Below, piece by piece: positions 20,335-33,400 of a stretch of 64,000 nucleotides of DNA. The position numbers and the translations under genes were made by a program. The stretch's first letter is position 1. Each line of letters opens with the position of its first letter. The DNA comes from an uncultured Gemmatimonadales bacterium (lineage in GTDB: Bacteria > Gemmatimonadota > Gemmatimonadetes > Longimicrobiales > Longimicrobiaceae). The notes under the pieces are model-generated. The model did not search any database. It had not been told where the DNA came from and worked only from the letters and a program-made list of their open reading frames with translations. The stretch is taken from the NCBI GenBank assembly GCA_963716255.1, contig OY970303.1, forward strand, positions 5,760,001 through 5,824,000, written 5' to 3'.

Positions 20335-23300
20335 GCGAGCTGTCGCAGCGCCTGGCCGGCCTGTCGCCGGAGAAGCGGAAGCTCCTGGAGCTCCGGCTCA
20401 GGACGAGCCAGGGGGCGCAGGCGGGTGCGCCCATCCCGCCGCGTCCGCGGGGCGGCGACACGGCGCCGCTGTCGTTCGCGCAGGAGCGGCTCTGGCTGGC
20501 GGACCAGCTGGGCGCGGGGACCGGCGTGTACAACATGCCGCACGCGGTCCGGCTGCGCGGGCCGCTGGACGTGGGGGCGCTGCGCGGCGCGCTGGACGCG
20601 GTCGTGGGCCGCCACGAGCCGCTGCGCACCGTCTTCGAGGACCGGGAGGGCGGGCCGGTGCAGCGCGTCCTCCCCCCGGCCCCCGTGCCGCTCGCCCTGG
20701 AGGTGCTTGTCGGGACGCGCGAGGAGCGCGAGGCGCAGGCGGAGCGGCGGGTGCGCGAGGACGCGGCCCGCCCGTTCGACCTGGCCACCGGGCCGCTGCT
20801 GCGCGCGTCGCTGCTGCGGCTGGACGGCGAGGAGCACGTGCTGCTGCTCACCCTGCACCACGCGGCGAGCGACGGGTGGAGCATGGGCGTGTTCTTCCGC
20901 GAGCTGTGCGCCGCCTACGACGCGCTCACGGCGGGGGAGGAGCCGGCGTTTCCGCCGCTCCCCATCCGCTACGCGGACTACGCGGCATGGCAGCGGGAGC
21001 AGCTCGCCGGGCCGGGGATGGAGCGCGACCTGGCCTTCTGGCGCGAGGAGCTGGAGGGCGCGCCCGCCGTCCTGGAGCTCCCCACCGACCGCCCGCGCCC
21101 CGCCGTGCAGAGCTTCCGCGGCGCCCGGCACGCCGTCTCCCTCCCGGCGGAGCTGGTGGAGCGGCTGCGGACGCTGGCCCGCGGCGAGGAGGCGACGCTG
21201 TTCATGGTGCTGCTCGCGGGGTGGCAGCTCCTGCTGGCGCGCTGGTCCGGGCAGGACGACCTGGTGGTGGGCTCGCCGGTCGCCAACCGGCACCGCGCGG
21301 AAACGGAGGGGCTGGTGGGCTTCTTCGTGAACACGCTGGTCTTCCGCGGCCGGCTGGAGGGCGGGCCGTCGTTCCGCGAGCTGCTGCGCCGCGCCCGGCG
21401 CGGCACGCTGGGGGCCTACGCGCACCAGGACCTCCCGCTGGAGGCGATCCTGGACGCGCTGCACGTGGAGCGCGATCCCGCGCGGAACCCGCTCTTCCAG
21501 GCCGCGCTGGTGCTCCAGAACGCGCCCGCGCACCGGCTGGAGATGCGGGGGGTGGAGCTGGAGTTCGTGGAGCAGGGGGGCGGCACGGCCAAGTTCGACC
21601 TGACGCTGGAGGCGTTCGAGTCGCCCGGGGGGATCGCGGGCTCCATCGAGTACGCCACCGACCTGTTCGACGCCGGGACCGTGTCGCGCATGGCGGAGCA
21701 CTTCCGGGTGCTGCTGGAGGGGATCGCCGCGGACCCGGACGCACCGGTCCGGGAGCTTCCGCTGGTCCGCGCCGCGGAGCGCCGGGAGATGCTGGAGTCG
21801 TGGAGCCGCTCGGGGGACCCGGAGCCGCGCCGCGGCTGCCTGCACCGCCTTTTCGAGGCGCAGGCGGACCGGGTGCCGGACGCCGTCGCCGTGGAGATGG
21901 GCGGCGAGGCGCTGACGTACGCGGAGCTGGACCGCCGCGCGAACCGGCTGGCGCGGGCGCTGGCCGCGCGCGGCGTGGGCCCGGACGCACGGGTGGCGCT
22001 GTGCGTGGAGCGCTCGCCGGAGATGGTGGTGGCGATGCTGGCCATCCTCAAGGCGGGCGGCGCGTACGTCCCGCTGGACCCCGGCTACCCGGCGGAGCGC
22101 CTGGCCTTCCTGCTCCGCGATTCGGGCGCGCGGGTGCTGGTGGCGGACGACGGGCTGGCGGAGCGCTTCGGCGACTTCGCCGGGGAGATCGTCCGCATGG
22201 GCGCGGCGAGAAGCGAGGAGCCCGGCGCGGACGATGCCCGGCTGGCCGTGGAGGTGACGCCGGAGCACCTGGCGTACGTGACCTACACCTCCGGGTCCAC
22301 GGGGGAGCCCAAGGGAACGGAGGTGCCGCACCGGGCCTTTGCCGGCTTCTTCGACGGGGTGGGGTACGCGCGCTTCGGCGAGGGCGAGGTGCTGCTGCAG
22401 CACTCGTCCACGTCGTGGGACGCGGCGGCGCTGGAAACGTGGCCGGCTCTGGCCACGGGCGGCAGGTGCGTGCTGTACGAGGGGACCACGCCCGAGCTTC
22501 CCCGGATGGCGGCGGCGATCCGGCGGCACGGCGTCACCACGCTGTGGCTGCCTTCGGCGCTGTTCAACGTGGTGGTGGACGGGATGCCGGAGCTGCTGGA
22601 GGGCGTGCGGCAGCTCCTGGTGGGCGGAGAGGTGGTGTCGCCGGCGCACGCGCGGCGGGCGCTGGAACTGTATCCCGGGCTGCGGCTGGTGAACGGCTAC
22701 GGCCCCAGCGAGTGCACCGTCTTCACCACCTGCTGGCCGGTCCCGGCGGACTTCCGGGGGCACACGCTGCCAATCGGGCGGCCGGTGGGCGACCGCCGCG
22801 CGTACGTGCTGGACGGCGCGCTGGAGCCCGTTCCCCCCGGCGTCCCCGGCGAGCTGTACGTGGGCGGACCGGCGGTGGCGCGGGGGTACCTGGGCAGGGC
22901 GGCGCTCACGGCCGGGAGCTTCGTCCCCGACCCGTTCGGCGGGGAGGGCGGGGCGCGGCTCTACCGCACGGGCGACCGGGTTCGCTGGCGGCCGGACGGG
23001 GCGCTGGAGTTCATGGGGCGCGCGGACCGGCAGGTCAAGGTGCGCGGCTTCCGCGTGGAAACGGGCGAGGTGGAGGCCGCGCTGGCCCGGCACCCGGCGG
23101 TGCGCGAGGCGGCGGTGGTGGCGCGCGGCGACGCGGCCGGGGTCAAGCGCCTGGTGGGCTACGTGGTCCCCCGGGACGTGCTGGTGCCGGACGCGGTGCG
23201 CGAGCACCTGCGCGCCGCGCTCCCGGAGTACATGGTCCCCTCGGCGCTGGTGGTGCTGGACTCGCTCCCGCTCACCCGCAACGGCAAGCTGGACCACCGC

Positions 23301-26300
23301 GCCCTCCCGGCGCCCGCGTGGGAGGACCAGAACCGCTTCGTGGCTCCGCGCACGCAGGACGAGGAGATCCTGGCCGGGATCTGGGCGGAGGTGCTGGGGA
23401 CCGAGCGCGTGGGCGCGCACGACGACTTCTTCGCGCTGGGCGGGCACTCGCTCGCGGCGACGCGCGTGCTTTCGCGCGTGGCGAGGACGCTGGGGACCGA
23501 GGTGCAGCTGCGCGCGCTCTTCGAGGCGCCGACGCTGGAGGGCTTCGCGGCGCGCGTGGCCGCGGCCCGCGTCCGCGAGGCCGGGGCCGAGCTGCCGGCC
23601 ATCGTCCGGGTGGCGCGCTCGCCGTCCGCGCGCGGCGGCGGGCGGACGCGCAGGGGCGCCGCGGGCGCCCCGCCGGCGGCCGCCCCGCAGGCGGCGCCCG
23701 CGCAGGCCGCTCTCGCCCCCCTGCCGCGCGAGGGGGCGCTGCCGCTGTCGTTCGCGCAGGAGCGGCTCTGGTTCGTGGAGCAGCTCCGCCCCGGCGGCAG
23801 CACGTACGCCATGGCGTCGCGCGTGGGCCTGTCGGGCGCGCTGGACGCGGCGTCGCTGCGGCGCGCGCTGGAGGAGATCGTCCGCCGGCACGAGGCGCTG
23901 CGGACCGTGTTCCCGGCCACCGACGGGCGCCCCGAGCAGGTGGTGCTCCCGGCCGCGCCGCTGGCGCTGGAGCCGGAGGACCTGTCCGGCCTGCCGGAGG
24001 CGGAGCGCGCGGCCGAGCTGGACCGCCGCGTCCGCGAAACGGCGCTCGCGCCCTTCGACCTGGAGCGCGGGCCGCTGTTCCGCGTCCGGCTGCTCCGGCT
24101 CGCCCCCGACGAGCACCTGCTCTTCGTGGGGATGCACCACGTGGTCTCCGACGGGTGGAGCCTGGGGGTGCTGTTCGGGGAGATGGCGGCGCTGTACGGG
24201 GCGTTTGCGCGCGGGGAGGAGTCCCCGCTGCCGCCGCTCCCGGTGCAGTACGCGGACTACGCCGCCTGGCAGCGGGACTGGCTGGCGGGGGAGCCGCTGG
24301 AGCGGCAGCTGGCCTGGTGGCGCGGGACGCTGGCGGGCGCGCCACGGGTGCTGGAGCTCCCCGCGGACCGCCCCCGCCCCCCGGTGCAGAGCGGGCGCGG
24401 CGCGCTGCACGCCCTCGCCCTCCCGCGGGAGCTGTCGGACGGGCTGCACGCGCTCGCCCGGCGCGAGGGCGCGACGCTGTTCATGACGCTCCTCGCCGGC
24501 TTCCAGGTGCTCCTGGCGAAGTACTCGGGGCAGGACGACCTGCTGGTAGGGACGCCGGTTGCGGGGCGCACGCGGCCGGAGCTGGAGGGGCTGATCGGCT
24601 TCTTCGTCAACACGCTCGCGCTCCGCGGCCGATTGGACGGCACGGAACGGCCCACCTTCCGCGCGCTGCTGGCCCGCACGCGCGACGAGACGCTGGGCGC
24701 CTTCGCGCACCAGGACCTCCCCTTCGAGCGCCTGGTGGACGCGCTGGAGACGGAGCGCGACCTGGCGCGCAACCCGCTCTTCCAGGTGGTGTTCTCGCTG
24801 CAGTCGGCGGAGCGGGGGACGCCGGAGCCGGCCGGGCTGCGGATGCGCGTGCGGGACGAGGAGACGCACACCGCCAAGTTCGACCTGACGCTGGCGCTCG
24901 TGGACGGCGCCGACGGCGTGTCGGGCTCGCTGGAATACGCCACCGACCTGTTCGACGGCGCCACGGCGGGCCGCATGGCGCGGCACCTGGCGGTTCTCCT
25001 GGCCGGGGTCGCGGCCGACCCCGACGCGCGCCTCGCCGACCTGTCCCTGCTGGACGCCGCCGAGCGCCGGCAGGTGCTGGAGGAGTGGAGCGGCGCCGCG
25101 CTTCCCGCCGGGCCCGCGGCGGCGTGGGCGCCGGTGCACGAGCGCGTTCTCTCGCGCGCCGCGGAGGTCCCGGACGCCGTGGCGCTGGTCGCCGGCGGCG
25201 GGCCGGTGACGTACGTCGAGCTGGCGCGCCGCTCGGCGGAGCTGGCGGACCGCCTCCGCGCCCTGGGTGCCGGCCCGGAAACGCGGGTCGCGCTGCTCGC
25301 CGGGCGCTCGCCGGAGCTGGTGGCGGGGATGCTGGCCGTGCTCCGCGCGGGCGCGGCGTACCTGCCGCTGGACCCGGGCACGCCCGCGGAACGCGTCGCC
25401 GTGATCCTGGAGGACGCGGCGGTGCGGGTGGTGCTCGCGGACGGGTCGACGGCGGAGCGGCTGGAGGGCTTCGGGGGGACGGTCGTGCTGCTCGATACCC
25501 CCCTCCCCCCGGCCCCCTCCCCCGCAAGGGGGGAGGGGGAGCACGGCAACGACACGCCGGCAGCCGAGGGTCAGGAAGCCCTCCCCCAGAATTGGGGGAG
25601 GGTGGCGAGCCTTGGCGAGCCGGGTGGGGGCGCTCCCGCGGGCGCCAGCACGGCGTCTCCCGAATCGGCCGCGTACGTCGTCTACACTTCGGGCTCCACC
25701 GGCACCCCCAAGGGCGTGGTGGTCACCCACGGCGCGCTGGCGAGCCTGGTGGACTGGCACCTGGGTGCGTTCGCGGTGACGGCGGACGACCGGGCGACGC
25801 AGCTGGCGGGGCTGGGCTTCGACGCCTCGGTGTGGGAGACCTGGCCGTACCTGGCGGCGGGGGCCGCGCTGCACCTGGTGGCGGACGACGAGGTGCGGAC
25901 GTCGCCGGAGGCGCTGCGGGCGCTGCTGCTGGAGCGCGGGATCACGCTGGCCTTCGTGCCGACGCCGCTCGCTGAGGGGATGCTGGGGCTGGAGTGGCCG
26001 CGGGACACGGCGCTGCGCGCGCTGCTGGTGGGGGGCGACGCGCTGCGTGCCCGGCCCTCCGCCGGTGTGCCCTTCGCGCTGGTGAACAACTACGGGCCCA
26101 CGGAGAACGCGGTGGTCGCCACGTCGGGCGCCGTCGCGCCGGAGGGCGGAGGCCGCGCCCCCGGGATCGGCCGGCCGATCCGGGGCGTGCGGGCGTACGT
26201 GCTGGACGCGGGGCTGCAGCTCCTGCCGGCGGGCGTCCCGGGCGAGCTGTGCCTGGGGGGCGCCTCGGTCGCGCGGGGATACCTGGGGCGGCCGGAGGGA

Positions 26301-29300
26301 ACGGCGGCGGCGTTCGTCCCCGACGCGCTCTCCGGGGAGCCGGGTGGGCGCATGTACCGCACCGGCGACCGCGTGCGCTGGCTCCCGGGCGGCGAGCTGG
26401 AGTTCCTGGGGCGCATGGACCGGCAGGCCAAGGTGCGCGGCTTCCGCATCGAGCCGGGCGAGGTGGAGGCGGTGCTGCTGGCGCACCCGGGCGTGCGGGA
26501 CGCGGCGGTGGTGGTGCGGGCGGACGCGGCGGGGATGGCGCGCCTGGTGGGCTACGTGGCCGCGGACGGGGCGGCGGAGGCCGGGCTGCGGGAGCACCTG
26601 GCGGCGCGCCTGCCGGAGTACATGGTGCCCTCGGCGCTGGTCTTTCTGGAGACGCTTCCCCTCACTCCCAGCGGCAAGACGGACCGGGCCGCGCTGCCGG
26701 CGCCGGAGCTGGCGGCGGAGGGCGCCTTCGCCGCGCCGCGCACCCCGGCGGAGGAGGTGCTGGCCGGGGTGTGGAGCACGCTGCTGGGCCGCGAGGGCGT
26801 GGGGACGCGCGACAACTTCTTCGCGCTGGGAGGGCACTCGCTCCTGGCCACGCAGGTCATCTCCCGCGTGCGCCAGCTCTTCGGGGTGGAGCTGCCGCTG
26901 CGCGCGCTCTTCGAGGCGCCCACGGTGGCCCGGCTGGCCGCGCGCGTCGAGGCGGCGCGCGGGGAAGGGGCGGGCGAGGACGCGGTGCCGCTGCGCCCGG
27001 CCGAGCGCACCGGGCCGATCCCGGCGTCGTTCGCGCAGGAGCGGCTCTGGTTCCTGGAGCAGATGCGCCCGGGCGAGGCGACGTACGCCATCCCCGCGGC
27101 GCTGCGCATGTCCGGCCCGCTGGACGTGGAGGCGCTGCGGCGCGCGCTGGAGGAGGTGGTGCGGCGCCACGAGGCGCTGCGGACCGTGTTCGCGCGCGCC
27201 GGCGGCCGGCCGGTGCAGGTGGTCCGCCCGGCGGAATCGCTGGCGCTCCCGGTGGAGGAGGTCGCCGCGGGTGAGTCGCCGGACGCGGCGCTGCGGTCGC
27301 GGATGGGCGAGGAGGCGCACCGGCTCTTCGACCTGGAGGCCGGGCCGCTCTTCCGGGTGGCGCTGCTGCGGCTGGGCGCGGACGAGCACGCGCTCCTGCT
27401 TTCCATGCACCACATCGTCAGTGACGGGTGGAGCATGGGGGTGCTGCTGCGGGAGCTGGCGGCGCTGTACTCGGCGTACCTGGCCGGGGATCCGTCGCCG
27501 CTCCCGGAGCTGGCGGTGCAGTACGCGGACTTCGCGGCGTGGCAGCGGGCGTGGCTCCGCGGCGAGGCGCTGGAGCGGCAGGTGGCCTTCTGGCGCGAGC
27601 GGCTGGCCGGCGCGCCCGCCGTGCTGGAATTGCCCACGGACCACCCGCGCCCGGCGGTGCAGGGCTCCCGCGGCGCGGTGCACGCCTTCACCGTCCCCCT
27701 GGCGACGGCGGACGCCGCCCGCGGGCTGGGGCGGAGCGAGGGCGTCACCCTGTTCATGGTGCTGGTCTCCGCCTGGGAGCTGCTGCTTTCGCGCTACTCC
27801 GGCGAGGAGGACCTGGTGGTGGGCGTGCCCACGGCGGGGCGCACGCGGCGCGAGCTGGAGGAGCTGATCGGCTTCTTCGTCAACGCGCTGCCGCTGCGCG
27901 CCGACCTGGCCGGCGACCCTTCCACCCGCGAGCTGCTGGCCCGCACGCGGGAAGGGGTGCTGGGGAGCTACGCGCACCAGGACGTCCCCTTCGAGAAGCT
28001 GGTGGAGGAGCTGCGCGTGGAGCGCAGCCTGGCCCACTCGCCCATCTTCCAGGTGATGTTCACCCTGATGGACGCGCCGCTCACCGTCCCCGAGCTCCCG
28101 GGGCTGGAGATGCGCGCCATGGAGGGGCAGACGGGGACCGCCAAGTTCGACCTGACGCTGGGGGTGATGAACGCGGAGGACGGGCTGCGGTGCGAGCTGG
28201 AGTTCGCCACGGACCTGTTCGACCGCGCCAGCGCGGAGCGGCTGGGGGAGCGCTTCCGGGTGCTGCTGGAGGGGATGATCGCGGACCCGGCGCGCCCGGT
28301 CTCCGGGATCTCCTTCCTGGGCGAGGGCGAGCGCGAGCAGGTGCTGCGCGGCTGGGCCGGCGCGCTCACGGCGTACCCCGCGGACCGGCTGGCCCACCAG
28401 CTGGTGCTGGCGCACGCGGAGCACCGCCCGGACGACGTGGCGCTGGTGGACGGGGACGCGGCGCTCACCTGGGCGGAGCTGGCGGGGCGCGCCGGCCGCC
28501 TGGCCAACCACCTGCGCCGGCGCGGCGTGGGGCCGGAGGCGCGCGTGGCCGTGTGCATGGAGCGCGGCGCGGAGGCGGTGGTGGCGCAGCTGGGCGTGCT
28601 CGCGGCGGGGGCGGCGTACGTGCCGCTGGACCCGGCCTACCCTGCGGAGCGCATCTCCTACGTGGTGGGCGACGCGGGCGCCCCGCTCCTCCTCACCCAG
28701 GCGCGGCTGCGTCCGCGCCTCGCCGGCCTGCCGACCGAGGTGCTGGCGCTGGACGAGGCGTGGCCGCGCATCGCGGCGGAGGAGAGCCCGGAGGCGCCGG
28801 AGAGCGGCGTGTCGGCCGGGAACCTGGCGTACGTGATCTACACCTCGGGCTCCACGGGCCGCCCCAAGGGGGTGCTGGTGACGCACGGCGGCCTCCTCAA
28901 CCTGGTGCACTGGCACCGCCGGGTGTGGGGGGACGGGCCGGGCGACCGCATGACGCAGCTCGCCGGGCCCGGCTTCGACGCCACGGTGTGGGAAACGTGG
29001 CCCTTCCTGGCGGCGGGGACGGAGCTGCACGTGGTGCCGGAGGAGGTGCGCGCGGCGCCCGCCGCGCTCCGCGACTGGCTGCTGGCGTCGCGGATCACCG
29101 TGGCCTTCCTCCCCACGCCGCTGGCGGAGGCGGCGCTGGCGCTGGAGTGGCCGGCGGACGCGCCGCTGCGGACGCTGCACACCGGCGGCGACACGCTGCA
29201 CCTGCGGCCGCGGCCGGGGCTTCCCTTCGCGCTGGTGAACGACTACGGCCCCACCGAGTGCACGGTGATCGCCGCCGCGGGGACCGTGGAGCCGGCGGAG

Positions 29301-30209
29301 GGGAGCGCGCGGGTGCCGGGGATCGGGCGGCCGGTGGACAACATGGCGGCGTACGTCCTGGACGCGGCGCTGAGCCCGGTCCCGCCGGGCATCCCCGGCG
29401 AGCTGTACCTGTCCGGCGATTCGCTGGCGCGCGGCTACCTGGGGAGGGCGGACCTAAGCGCGGAGAAGTGGCTCCCGGACCCGTTCTCGGAGCGCCCGGG
29501 CGCGCGGATGTACCGCACCGCGGACCGGGTGCGCTGGAGGCCGGACGGCGAGCTGGAGTTCATGGAGCGGGTGGACCGGCAGGTCAAGGTGCGGGGCTTC
29601 CGCATCGAGACGGGCGAGGTGGAGGCGGTGATGGCCGAGCACCCGGCCGTGCGCGAGGCGGTGGTGGAGGTGCGCGGCGAGGCGCGCGAGCGCCGGCTGG
29701 TGGGGTACGTGGTCGCCGCGCCGGACGCGCCGCTGGACGCGGCCGAGCTGCGGCGGCACCTGGGCGAGAGGCTCCCGGACTACATGGTCCCCTCCGCCTT
29801 CGTCTTCCTGGAGGCGCTCCCGGTGACACCCAACGGCAAGACGGACCGCGCCGCGCTCCCCGAGCCCCGGCGCGAGGCGGAGGAGGTGACGGACCCGCGC
29901 AACCCCGTGGAGGATGCCGTGGCCGCCGTGTGGCGCGAGGTGCTGGGGCTGGAGCGGGTGGGGGTGCACGACAACTTCTTCGAGCTGGGCGGCCACTCGC
30001 TGCTGCTGGCGCAGGTGCACGCGCGCCTGCGGGAAACGCTGGGCCTGGAGATCCCCATCGTGGACCTGTTCCGCTTCCCCACGGTCGCCGCCCTCGCGGA
30101 GCACCTGGGCGCCGACGCGGCCGGCCCCCGCGGCGGCCCCGGCCGCGGCGGCGAGCGCGCCGCCGCCCGCCGCGCCCTGTCCCGCGGCCGCGGACGGGGC
30201 AGGAGCTGA
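20331..30209 (+). CDS. NRPS, three C-A-PCP modules
   Basis: TTG start overlaps the upstream stop, followed by a docking helix ([16 protein letters not shown]). Three HHxxxDG, three A and three GGHS motifs. Codes ~DALWLGGVFK (Val/Ile-like), DAWFLGNVVK (Leu), DAWFHGDVIK (unknown). Arg-rich C-terminal tail. Confidence 0.95.
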   Translation: MSELSQRLAGLSPEKRKLLELRLRTSQGAQAGAPIPPRPRGGDTAPLSFAQERLWLADQLGAGTGVYNMPHAVRLRGPLDVGALRGALDAVVGRHEPLRTVFEDREGGPVQRVLPPAPVPLALEVLVGTREEREAQAERRVREDAARPFDLATGPLLRASLLRLDGEEHVLLLTLHHAASDGWSMGVFFRELCAAYDALTAGEEPAFPPLPIRYADYAAWQREQLAGPGMERDLAFWREELEGAPAVLELPTDRPRPAVQSFRGARHAVSLPAELVERLRTLARGEEATLFMVLLAGWQLLLARWSGQDDLVVGSPVANRHRAETEGLVGFFVNTLVFRGRLEGGPSFRELLRRARRGTLGAYAHQDLPLEAILDALHVERDPARNPLFQAALVLQNAPAHRLEMRGVELEFVEQGGGTAKFDLTLEAFESPGGIAGSIEYATDLFDAGTVSRMAEHFRVLLEGIAADPDAPVRELPLVRAAERREMLESWSRSGDPEPRRGCLHRLFEAQADRVPDAVAVEMGGEALTYAELDRRANRLARALAARGVGPDARVALCVERSPEMVVAMLAILKAGGAYVPLDPGYPAERLAFLLRDSGARVLVADDGLAERFGDFAGEIVRMGAARSEEPGADDARLAVEVTPEHLAYVTYTSGSTGEPKGTEVPHRAFAGFFDGVGYARFGEGEVLLQHSSTSWDAAALETWPALATGGRCVLYEGTTPELPRMAAAIRRHGVTTLWLPSALFNVVVDGMPELLEGVRQLLVGGEVVSPAHARRALELYPGLRLVNGYGPSECTVFTTCWPVPADFRGHTLPIGRPVGDRRAYVLDGALEPVPPGVPGELYVGGPAVARGYLGRAALTAGSFVPDPFGGEGGARLYRTGDRVRWRPDGALEFMGRADRQVKVRGFRVETGEVEAALARHPAVREAAVVARGDAAGVKRLVGYVVPRDVLVPDAVREHLRAALPEYMVPSALVVLDSLPLTRNGKLDHRALPAPAWEDQNRFVAPRTQDEEILAGIWAEVLGTERVGAHDDFFALGGHSLAATRVLSRVARTLGTEVQLRALFEAPTLEGFAARVAAARVREAGAELPAIVRVARSPSARGGGRTRRGAAGAPPAAAPQAAPAQAALAPLPREGALPLSFAQERLWFVEQLRPGGSTYAMASRVGLSGALDAASLRRALEEIVRRHEALRTVFPATDGRPEQVVLPAAPLALEPEDLSGLPEAERAAELDRRVRETALAPFDLERGPLFRVRLLRLAPDEHLLFVGMHHVVSDGWSLGVLFGEMAALYGAFARGEESPLPPLPVQYADYAAWQRDWLAGEPLERQLAWWRGTLAGAPRVLELPADRPRPPVQSGRGALHALALPRELSDGLHALARREGATLFMTLLAGFQVLLAKYSGQDDLLVGTPVAGRTRPELEGLIGFFVNTLALRGRLDGTERPTFRALLARTRDETLGAFAHQDLPFERLVDALETERDLARNPLFQVVFSLQSAERGTPEPAGLRMRVRDEETHTAKFDLTLALVDGADGVSGSLEYATDLFDGATAGRMARHLAVLLAGVAADPDARLADLSLLDAAERRQVLEEWSGAALPAGPAAAWAPVHERVLSRAAEVPDAVALVAGGGPVTYVELARRSAELADRLRALGAGPETRVALLAGRSPELVAGMLAVLRAGAAYLPLDPGTPAERVAVILEDAAVRVVLADGSTAERLEGFGGTVVLLDTPLPPAPSPARGEGEHGNDTPAAEGQEALPQNWGRVASLGEPGGGAPAGASTASPESAAYVVYTSGSTGTPKGVVVTHGALASLVDWHLGAFAVTADDRATQLAGLGFDASVWETWPYLAAGAALHLVADDEVRTSPEALRALLLERGITLAFVPTPLAEGMLGLEWPRDTALRALLVGGDALRARPSAGVPFALVNNYGPTENAVVATSGAVAPEGGGRAPGIGRPIRGVRAYVLDAGLQLLPAGVPGELCLGGASVARGYLGRPEGTAAAFVPDALSGEPGGRMYRTGDRVRWLPGGELEFLGRMDRQAKVRGFRIEPGEVEAVLLAHPGVRDAAVVVRADAAGMARLVGYVAADGAAEAGLREHLAARLPEYMVPSALVFLETLPLTPSGKTDRAALPAPELAAEGAFAAPRTPAEEVLAGVWSTLLGREGVGTRDNFFALGGHSLLATQVISRVRQLFGVELPLRALFEAPTVARLAARVEAARGEGAGEDAVPLRPAERTGPIPASFAQERLWFLEQMRPGEATYAIPAALRMSGPLDVEALRRALEEVVRRHEALRTVFARAGGRPVQVVRPAESLALPVEEVAAGESPDAALRSRMGEEAHRLFDLEAGPLFRVALLRLGADEHALLLSMHHIVSDGWSMGVLLRELAALYSAYLAGDPSPLPELAVQYADFAAWQRAWLRGEALERQVAFWRERLAGAPAVLELPTDHPRPAVQGSRGAVHAFTVPLATADAARGLGRSEGVTLFMVLVSAWELLLSRYSGEEDLVVGVPTAGRTRRELEELIGFFVNALPLRADLAGDPSTRELLARTREGVLGSYAHQDVPFEKLVEELRVERSLAHSPIFQVMFTLMDAPLTVPELPGLEMRAMEGQTGTAKFDLTLGVMNAEDGLRCELEFATDLFDRASAERLGERFRVLLEGMIADPARPVSGISFLGEGEREQVLRGWAGALTAYPADRLAHQLVLAHAEHRPDDVALVDGDAALTWAELAGRAGRLANHLRRRGVGPEARVAVCMERGAEAVVAQLGVLAAGAAYVPLDPAYPAERISYVVGDAGAPLLLTQARLRPRLAGLPTEVLALDEAWPRIAAEESPEAPESGVSAGNLAYVIYTSGSTGRPKGVLVTHGGLLNLVHWHRRVWGDGPGDRMTQLAGPGFDATVWETWPFLAAGTELHVVPEEVRAAPAALRDWLLASRITVAFLPTPLAEAALALEWPADAPLRTLHTGGDTLHLRPRPGLPFALVNDYGPTECTVIAAAGTVEPAEGSARVPGIGRPVDNMAAYVLDAALSPVPPGIPGELYLSGDSLARGYLGRADLSAEKWLPDPFSERPGARMYRTADRVRWRPDGELEFMERVDRQVKVRGFRIETGEVEAVMAEHPAVREAVVEVRGEARERRLVGYVVAAPDAPLDAAELRRHLGERLPDYMVPSAFVFLEALPVTPNGKTDRAALPEPRREAEEVTDPRNPVEDAVAAVWREVLGLERVGVHDNFFELGGHSLLLAQVHARLRETLGLEIPIVDLFRFPTVAALAEHLGADAAGPRGGPGRGGERAAARRALSRGRGRGRS
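25497..25652 (+). repeat. GC palindromic repeat inserted in frame in an A domain (copy A)
   Basis: CCCCTCCCCC-gcaa-GGGGGGAGGGG plus CCCTCCCCCAGAATTGGGGGAGGG; translates as [15 protein letters not shown]...[16 protein letters not shown] just before motif A3. Confidence 0.85.
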
Positions 30210-30250
30210 ACGGACAGGGAACAGGGAACAGCCTGCGACGGCAACGGCGA

Positions 30251-30445
30251 CCCCCTCCCCCCGGCCCCCTCCCCGCAAGGGGGAGGGGGCTCCCGCGGAC
30301 GCCAGCGCGATGCCGCGTGAGGGATTTCGGCCCGGAGGGGCGAGACCCCGCGGGCAGTTTCGCGGGGGCTCGACTCCGTAAGGCAGCGTTGTTTGCTGCC
30401 TTACGGAGCCGAAGCCCGACCCCGGCGCAGCCGGGGGCACGCCCG
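30251..30445 (+). repeat. Palindromic hairpin plus structured element, copy 3 (core 30314-30445)
   Basis: CCCCTCCCCGCAAGGGGGAGGGG, linker GCGGACGCCAGC, then the full element, directly upstream of the PKS. Confidence 0.9.
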
Positions 30446-30494
30446 AACCCGCCGGTAATACCGTTTCAACCGACATCACCAAAGGAGCAGCACA

Positions 30495-33400
30495 ATGAGC
30501 GATATGGAAGAAACGGCACCCGCGGTCGCGGTCGTCGGCATGGCGGGGCGCTTCCCGGGCGCGCAGGACGTGGAGCAGTTCTGGAGCAACCTGCGCGAGG
30601 GGGTGCACTCCATCTCCTTCTTCAGCGACGAGGAGCTGGAGGCGGCCGGGGTGGATCCGTCGCTGATCAGGAACCCGGACTTCGTGCGGGCCGGCGGCGT
30701 GCTGGAAGGGATCGAGCTGTTCGACGCCGGCTTCTTCGGCTTCAACCCGCGCGAGGCGGAGGTGCTGGACCCGCAGCACCGCATCTTCATGGAAACGGCG
30801 TGGGAGGCGCTGGAGAACGCCGGCATCGACCCGGAGACGTCGCCGCGGGCCGTGGGGATCTACGCGGGGTCGTCCACCAGCCACTACCTGATGTACCACG
30901 TGCTGTCGCGCCCGGAGATCGTGGAGGCGGTGGGGGCGTTCCAGGTGCACATCGGCAACGGCAAGGACTTCCTCGCCACCCGCGCCTCGTACAAGCTCAA
31001 CCTGCGCGGCCCCGCCCTGAACGTGCAGACGGGGTGCTCGACGGGGCTGGTGTCGGTCCACGTGGCGTGCCAGGCGCTCCTCAACGGCGAGTGCGACGTG
31101 GCGATCGCGGGCGGTGTGACCGTGAACCTGGGGCAGCGGCAGGGCTACCTGTACTCGCCGGGCGGGGTGCTGGCGCCGGACGGGCACTGCCGCGCCTTCG
31201 ACGCGCGCGCGGGCGGCGCCCTCAGCGGCAGCGGCATCGGGCTGGTGGTGCTCAAGCGGCTGGACGACGCGCTCGCCGACGGGGACACCATCCACGCGAT
31301 CGTGCGCGGCTCCGCGATAAACAACGACGGCGCGCAGAAGGTGGGCTTCACCGCGCCGAGCGTGGACGGGCAGGCGGCGGTGATCGAGGAGGCGCTGGCG
31401 GTGGGCGACGTGGACCCGGCCACCATCGGCTTCGTGGAGGCGCACGGCACCGGCACCGACCTGGGCGACCCCATCGAGGTGGCGGCGCTGACGCAGGCCT
31501 TCGGCGACACGGGACGCACGCAGTTCTGCGCGCTGGGCTCGGTGAAGACCAACATCGGCCACCTGGACGCGGCGGCGGGGACGGCGGGGATGATCAAGGC
31601 GGTGCTGGCGCTTGAGCACGGCGAGATCCCGCCCACGCTGCACTACGCGTCGCCCAACCCCAAGATCGACTTCGCCTCGTCGCCGTTCTTCGTCAGCACG
31701 GAGCTGCGCCCCTGGGCCACGGACGGGCACCCGCGGCGCGCCGGGGTGTCGTCGTTCGGGATCGGCGGGACCAACGCGCACGTGGTGCTGGAGGAGGCGC
31801 CGGAGCCGGAGCCGTCGGAGGCCGCGCGCCCCTGGCACCTGCTGGTGCTCTCGGCCAAGACGGCCTCGGCGCTGGAGGCGGCCACGGACCGGCTGGCGGC
31901 GCACCTGCGCGCGCACCCGGAGCAGGCATTGGCGGACGTGGCGCACACGCTCCAGGTGGGGCGGCGCGCCTTCGAGCACCGCCGCGTGCTGGTGGCCCGC
32001 GACGGCGAGAACGCGGCCGCCGCGCTGGAGGGCCGCGCGCCGCAGCGGGTGCTGGGCGCCGCCGCCCCGGAGGGCGCGCGCCCGGTGGCCTTCCTGTTCG
32101 CCGGCGTGGGCGACCACTACCCGCAGATGGGGCGCGGGCTGTACGAGACGGAGCCGGTGTTCCGCGCGGAGGTGGACCGCTGCGCGGAGATCCTGCGCCC
32201 GCACCTGGGCGTGGACCTGCGCGAGGTGCTGTACCCGGGCGACGCGCCCGCGGAGGAGGGTGAGGCGGCGCCCAGGATCGACCTGCGGGCGATGCTGAGC
32301 CGCGCATCGGCGGGGCCGGACGACGCGGCGGAGCGCCTGAACGCGACGAGCATGGCGCAGGCGGCGCTCTTCGTGGTGGAGTACGCGCTGGCGAAGCAGT
32401 GGATGGCGTGGGGGGTGAAGCCGGAGGCGATGATCGGCCACTCGCTGGGCGAGTACGTGGCGGCGGCGGTCGCGGGCGTGTTCAGCCTGGAGGACGCGCT
32501 GATGCTGGTGGCGGAGCGCTCCCGCCTGATCGAGGAACTGCCGGAGGGCGCGATGCTGGGGCTGCCCATGGCGGAGGCGGAGGTGCTCCCGCTGCTGCGC
32601 GACGGCCTTGCCGTGGGAACGGTGAACGGCCCGGGGATGACCGTGGTCTCCGGCCCGGTGGATGCGGTGTCCGCGCTGGAAACGGAGATGGCGGGGCGCG
32701 GGGTGGCCTGCCGCCGCCTCCCCACGCGGCACGCCTTCCACTCGCCGATGATGGCGCCGGTGGCGGAGCGCCTGGCGGAGCTGATGCGGCGCGTGAAGCT
32801 GAGCGCGCCGGAGATCCCCTTCGTTTCCAACGTGACGGGGACGTGGATCCGCGCCGCCGAGGCGACCGACCCGGGGTACTGGTCGCGCCACCTGGTGGGT
32901 ACGGTGCGCTTCGCGGAGGGGATGGAGGCGCTGGCCGGCGACGGCCGCCGCGTGATGCTGGAGGTGGGCCCCGGCCAGACGCTGGGCACCTTCGTGCGCC
33001 AGCTCGACCGGGGAGACGATGCCGCGGAGCCCACGGCGGTGGCGTCGCTGCGCCACGGCTACGAGCGCCACGCGGACGTGGCGTTCCTGCTGGGCGCGGC
33101 GGGGCGGCTCTGGCTGGCCGGGGTGCCGGTGGACTGGACGGAGCTGCACGCGCACGAGCGGCTGCGCCGCGTCCCGCTCCCCACGTACCCCTTCGAGCGC
33201 AGGCGCTTCTGGATCGAGCCGCGCGCCGGGGGTCTCCCGGAGGCGGCGCGAGGGGGCGACCCGCTCGCCAAGAAGCCGGACCCGGCGGACTGGCTGTACC
33301 TCCCCGCGTGGAAGCGCGCCCCGCTCGCCGGGACCGCGTCCGCGGAGGCGGGCGAGTGGCTGGTGCTGGCGGACGACGAGGGGATCGGCGCGCGGCTGGC

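Noticed and set aside
19557..29201. Very long antisense and alternate-frame ORFs (e.g. 3214 aa at 19557-29201 -, 2553 aa at 39393-47054 +, 2087 aa at 56765-63028 +, 1892 aa at 29454-35132 -)
   Set aside because: Shadow frames of high-GC NRPS/PKS genes: Arg/Gly/Ala/Pro-rich, no recognisable domains, fully overlapping motif-bearing frames.
30213..30231. Short tandem ACAGGGA-ACAGGGA-ACAG after the NRPS stop
   Set aside because: Only about 2.5 units, seen once in the window; not enough to assign a function.
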